This document shows, in pieces, positions 24,597-26,690 of a stretch of 26,690 nt of DNA; the stretch's first letter is position 1, and the number at the start of each line of letters is the position of its first letter. The DNA comes from an uncultured Oscillospiraceae bacterium (lineage in GTDB: Bacteria > Bacillota > Clostridia > Oscillospirales > Oscillospiraceae): contig CALWYQ010000066.1 of assembly GCA_944385815.1 (NCBI GenBank), forward strand, positions 1 to 26,690, written 5' to 3'. The notes under the pieces are model-generated. The model saw only the letters and a list, made by a program, of their open reading frames with translations, ran no database searches and was not told where the DNA came from. The translations under genes and the position numbers were made by a program.

Positions 24597-26690
24597 ATGC
24601 CCGCTGTACAGGATATTTTCGGCACCATGGTATTTTCCGACAAGGTCATGCGCGAGAGGCTGCCCGAGGAGGCCTACGCCGCCGTCCAGCGCACGCTCAA
24701 GAGCGGACGCAGGCTCCAGCCGGACACCGCGGAAGCGGTTGCCTCAGCCATGCGCGACTGGGCGCTCGAGAAGGGCGCGACGCATTTTACCCACTGGTTC
24801 CAGCCCATGACCGGCGTCACCGCCGAAAAGCACGACAGCTTTATAAAGCCCGACGGCCGCGGCGGCGTGCTCATGGAGTTCTCCGGCAAGGAGCTTATCC
24901 ACGGCGAGCCGGACGCCTCGAGCTTCCCCTCCGGCGGGCTGCGCGCCACCTTTGAGGCCCGCGGCTACACCGCCTGGGACCCGACGAGCTACGCCTTTAT
25001 CCGCGACGGCGTGCTGTATATCCCGACGGCCTTCTGCTCCTATGGCGGCGAGGCCCTCGACCAGAAAACCCCGCTGCTGCGCAGCATGGAGGCCCTGGGC
25101 AGGCAGGCGGTGCGCGTGCTGCGCCTCTTCGGCCACGACGACGTGAAGGCCGTTTTCCCCATGGTCGGCGCCGAGCAGGAGTATTTCCTTGTAGAGCGGG
25201 ACATGTTTGAGCGCCGTGCAGACCTCATCTACACCGGCCGCACCCTCTTCGGCGCCAGGCCGCCCAAGGGCCAGGAGCTGGACGACCACTATTTCGGCAC
25301 CGTCAAGCCCCGCGTCGCGGCCTTCATGCGGGACATAAACGAGGAGCTCTGGAAGCTGGGCGTCTGCGCCAAGACAGAGCACAACGAGGCCGCCCCGGCC
25401 CAGCATGAGCTGGCCTGCATCTACAACACCGCCAACATAGCCGCGGACCACAACCAGCTGGTCATGGACGTCATGCAGAAAACGGCCAAGCGCCACGGCC
25501 TTGTCTGCCTGCTGCACGAAAAGCCCTTTGCCGGCGTGAACGGCTCCGGCAAGCACAACAACTGGTCCATGGCCACCGACACGGGCATAAATGTCTTTGA
25601 CCCCGGCGAGACCCCGGGCGAGAACGCGCAGTTCCTGCTCTTCCTCTGCGCGGTCATAAAGGCCGCGGACGACTATCAGGACGCGCTGCGCGCCTCCGTT
25701 GCCCGCGCGGGCAACGACCACCGCCTCGGCGCGGCGGAGGCCCCGCCGGCCATCATCAGCATGTTCTTAGGCGACGAGCTCACCGAGGTGCTCGACTCCA
25801 TAGAGAACGACAGGCCCCTCGGCCAGAAGGAGAAAACGCTCTTCAAGGTCGGCGTCCACGCCCTGCCGCCCTTCCCCAAGGACACGACGGACCGCAACCG
25901 CACCTCGCCCTTCGCCTACACCGGCGCGAAGTTTGAGTTCCGTATGCCCGGCAGCGCGGCGAGCATCTCCTCCTGCAACATAGCCATAAACACCGCAGTG
26001 GCCGAGGAGCTGCGCCAGTTCGCCGACGAGCTCGAACAGGCGGAGGACTTCAACGGCGCGCTGCACGCGCTTATCCGCCGCGTTATCCATGAGCACAAGC
26101 GCATAATCTTCAACGGCAACGGCTACGACCCCGGCTGGATAGAGGAGGCCGCCCGCCGCGGGCTGCACAACCTGCGCTCCACGCCCGAGGCCCTGCCCCA
26201 CTTCACCGACGAGAAAAACATCGAGCTCTTCACGCGGCACAGGGTTTTCACCGAAAACGAGCTGCGCGCGAGGCAGGAGGTGTTCCAGGAGGAGTACTGT
26301 AAGCTGGTGCTCATAGAGGGCAAGACCGCCCTCGGCATGGCCCGGCGGGAGATTTTCCCCGCCGTCAGCAGGTTTACCTGCAAGCTCGCCCAGAGCGCCA
26401 TGGCCCAGCGCGAGCTGCTGCCCGAGCGCCGCGCGCGGTATGAAAACAGCGTGGTGAGCTATCTCACCCAGCTCATGGACGCGGCCTACTCCCTCTCCGG
26501 CGAGCTCGAGGATGCGCTCACGGCCGCCGAGGGCATAAGGGATCTGACCGAAAAGAGCTTCCACCTGCGCGACCACGTCCTGCCCGTAATGGGCGCGCTG
26601 CGCGCCGCCTGCGACGATATGGAGACCGTCACCGGCGAGGACGCCTGGCCCATGCCCACCTATGGCGAGCTGCTCTACGGCGTAAAATAA
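24597..26690 (+). CDS. glnN: Glutamine synthetase type III.
   Basis: 697 aa, a length typical of GSIII. The N-terminus [24 protein letters not shown]...[14 protein letters not shown] and the central [17 protein letters not shown] and [14 protein letters not shown] blocks match my memory of GSIII. The ORF is complete, with TAA at the last base of the window. Confidence 0.9.
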   Translation: MPAVQDIFGTMVFSDKVMRERLPEEAYAAVQRTLKSGRRLQPDTAEAVASAMRDWALEKGATHFTHWFQPMTGVTAEKHDSFIKPDGRGGVLMEFSGKELIHGEPDASSFPSGGLRATFEARGYTAWDPTSYAFIRDGVLYIPTAFCSYGGEALDQKTPLLRSMEALGRQAVRVLRLFGHDDVKAVFPMVGAEQEYFLVERDMFERRADLIYTGRTLFGARPPKGQELDDHYFGTVKPRVAAFMRDINEELWKLGVCAKTEHNEAAPAQHELACIYNTANIAADHNQLVMDVMQKTAKRHGLVCLLHEKPFAGVNGSGKHNNWSMATDTGINVFDPGETPGENAQFLLFLCAVIKAADDYQDALRASVARAGNDHRLGAAEAPPAIISMFLGDELTEVLDSIENDRPLGQKEKTLFKVGVHALPPFPKDTTDRNRTSPFAYTGAKFEFRMPGSAASISSCNIAINTAVAEELRQFADELEQAEDFNGALHALIRRVIHEHKRIIFNGNGYDPGWIEEAARRGLHNLRSTPEALPHFTDEKNIELFTRHRVFTENELRARQEVFQEEYCKLVLIEGKTALGMARREIFPAVSRFTCKLAQSAMAQRELLPERRARYENSVVSYLTQLMDAAYSLSGELEDALTAAEGIRDLTEKSFHLRDHVLPVMGALRAACDDMETVTGEDAWPMPTYGELLYGVK

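Overview
This is a densely coding, GC-rich chromosomal segment whose gene content looks like a Firmicutes/Clostridia genome. I found no rRNA, tRNA, CRISPR array, transposase or integrase.

Layout from left to right:
1. The 5' part of an AGCS Na+:alanine/glycine symporter gene on the minus strand. It is cut by the window edge and so is missing from the ORF track. It is preceded by a tandem glycine riboswitch with a terminator platform and a consensus promoter.
2. A YesM/YesN-type histidine kinase plus an AraC-type response regulator.
3. A seven-gene minus-strand operon: Dpp/Opp-like permeases (2), ATPases (2), a family-5 lipoprotein binding protein, and two adjacent creatinase/prolidase-fold M24 paralogs. 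One paralog keeps all five metal ligands and the other has lost them.
4. A divergently transcribed, monocistronic GcvT-family (folate-dependent aminomethyltransferase fold) gene.
5. A cytoplasmic GH13 glycosidase.
6. A small membrane protein, an XRE regulator and a GNAT acetyltransferase.
7. A gap of about 880 bp with no convincing ORF. It holds a self-contained promoter-to-terminator unit for an A-rich, T-poor RNA of about 600 nt carrying 13 exact AAAGC copies. This is the most unusual object in the window, and I could not assign it to any RNA family I know.
8. A minus-strand operon recJ-rel-dtd-MBL hydrolase-DUF2974 with chained start/stop overlaps.
9. A complete type III glutamine synthetase.

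Many long ORFs in the supplied track are antisense or out-of-frame shadows typical of GC-rich DNA, and I rejected them. All motif calls were made by eye and from memory. No database search was run.
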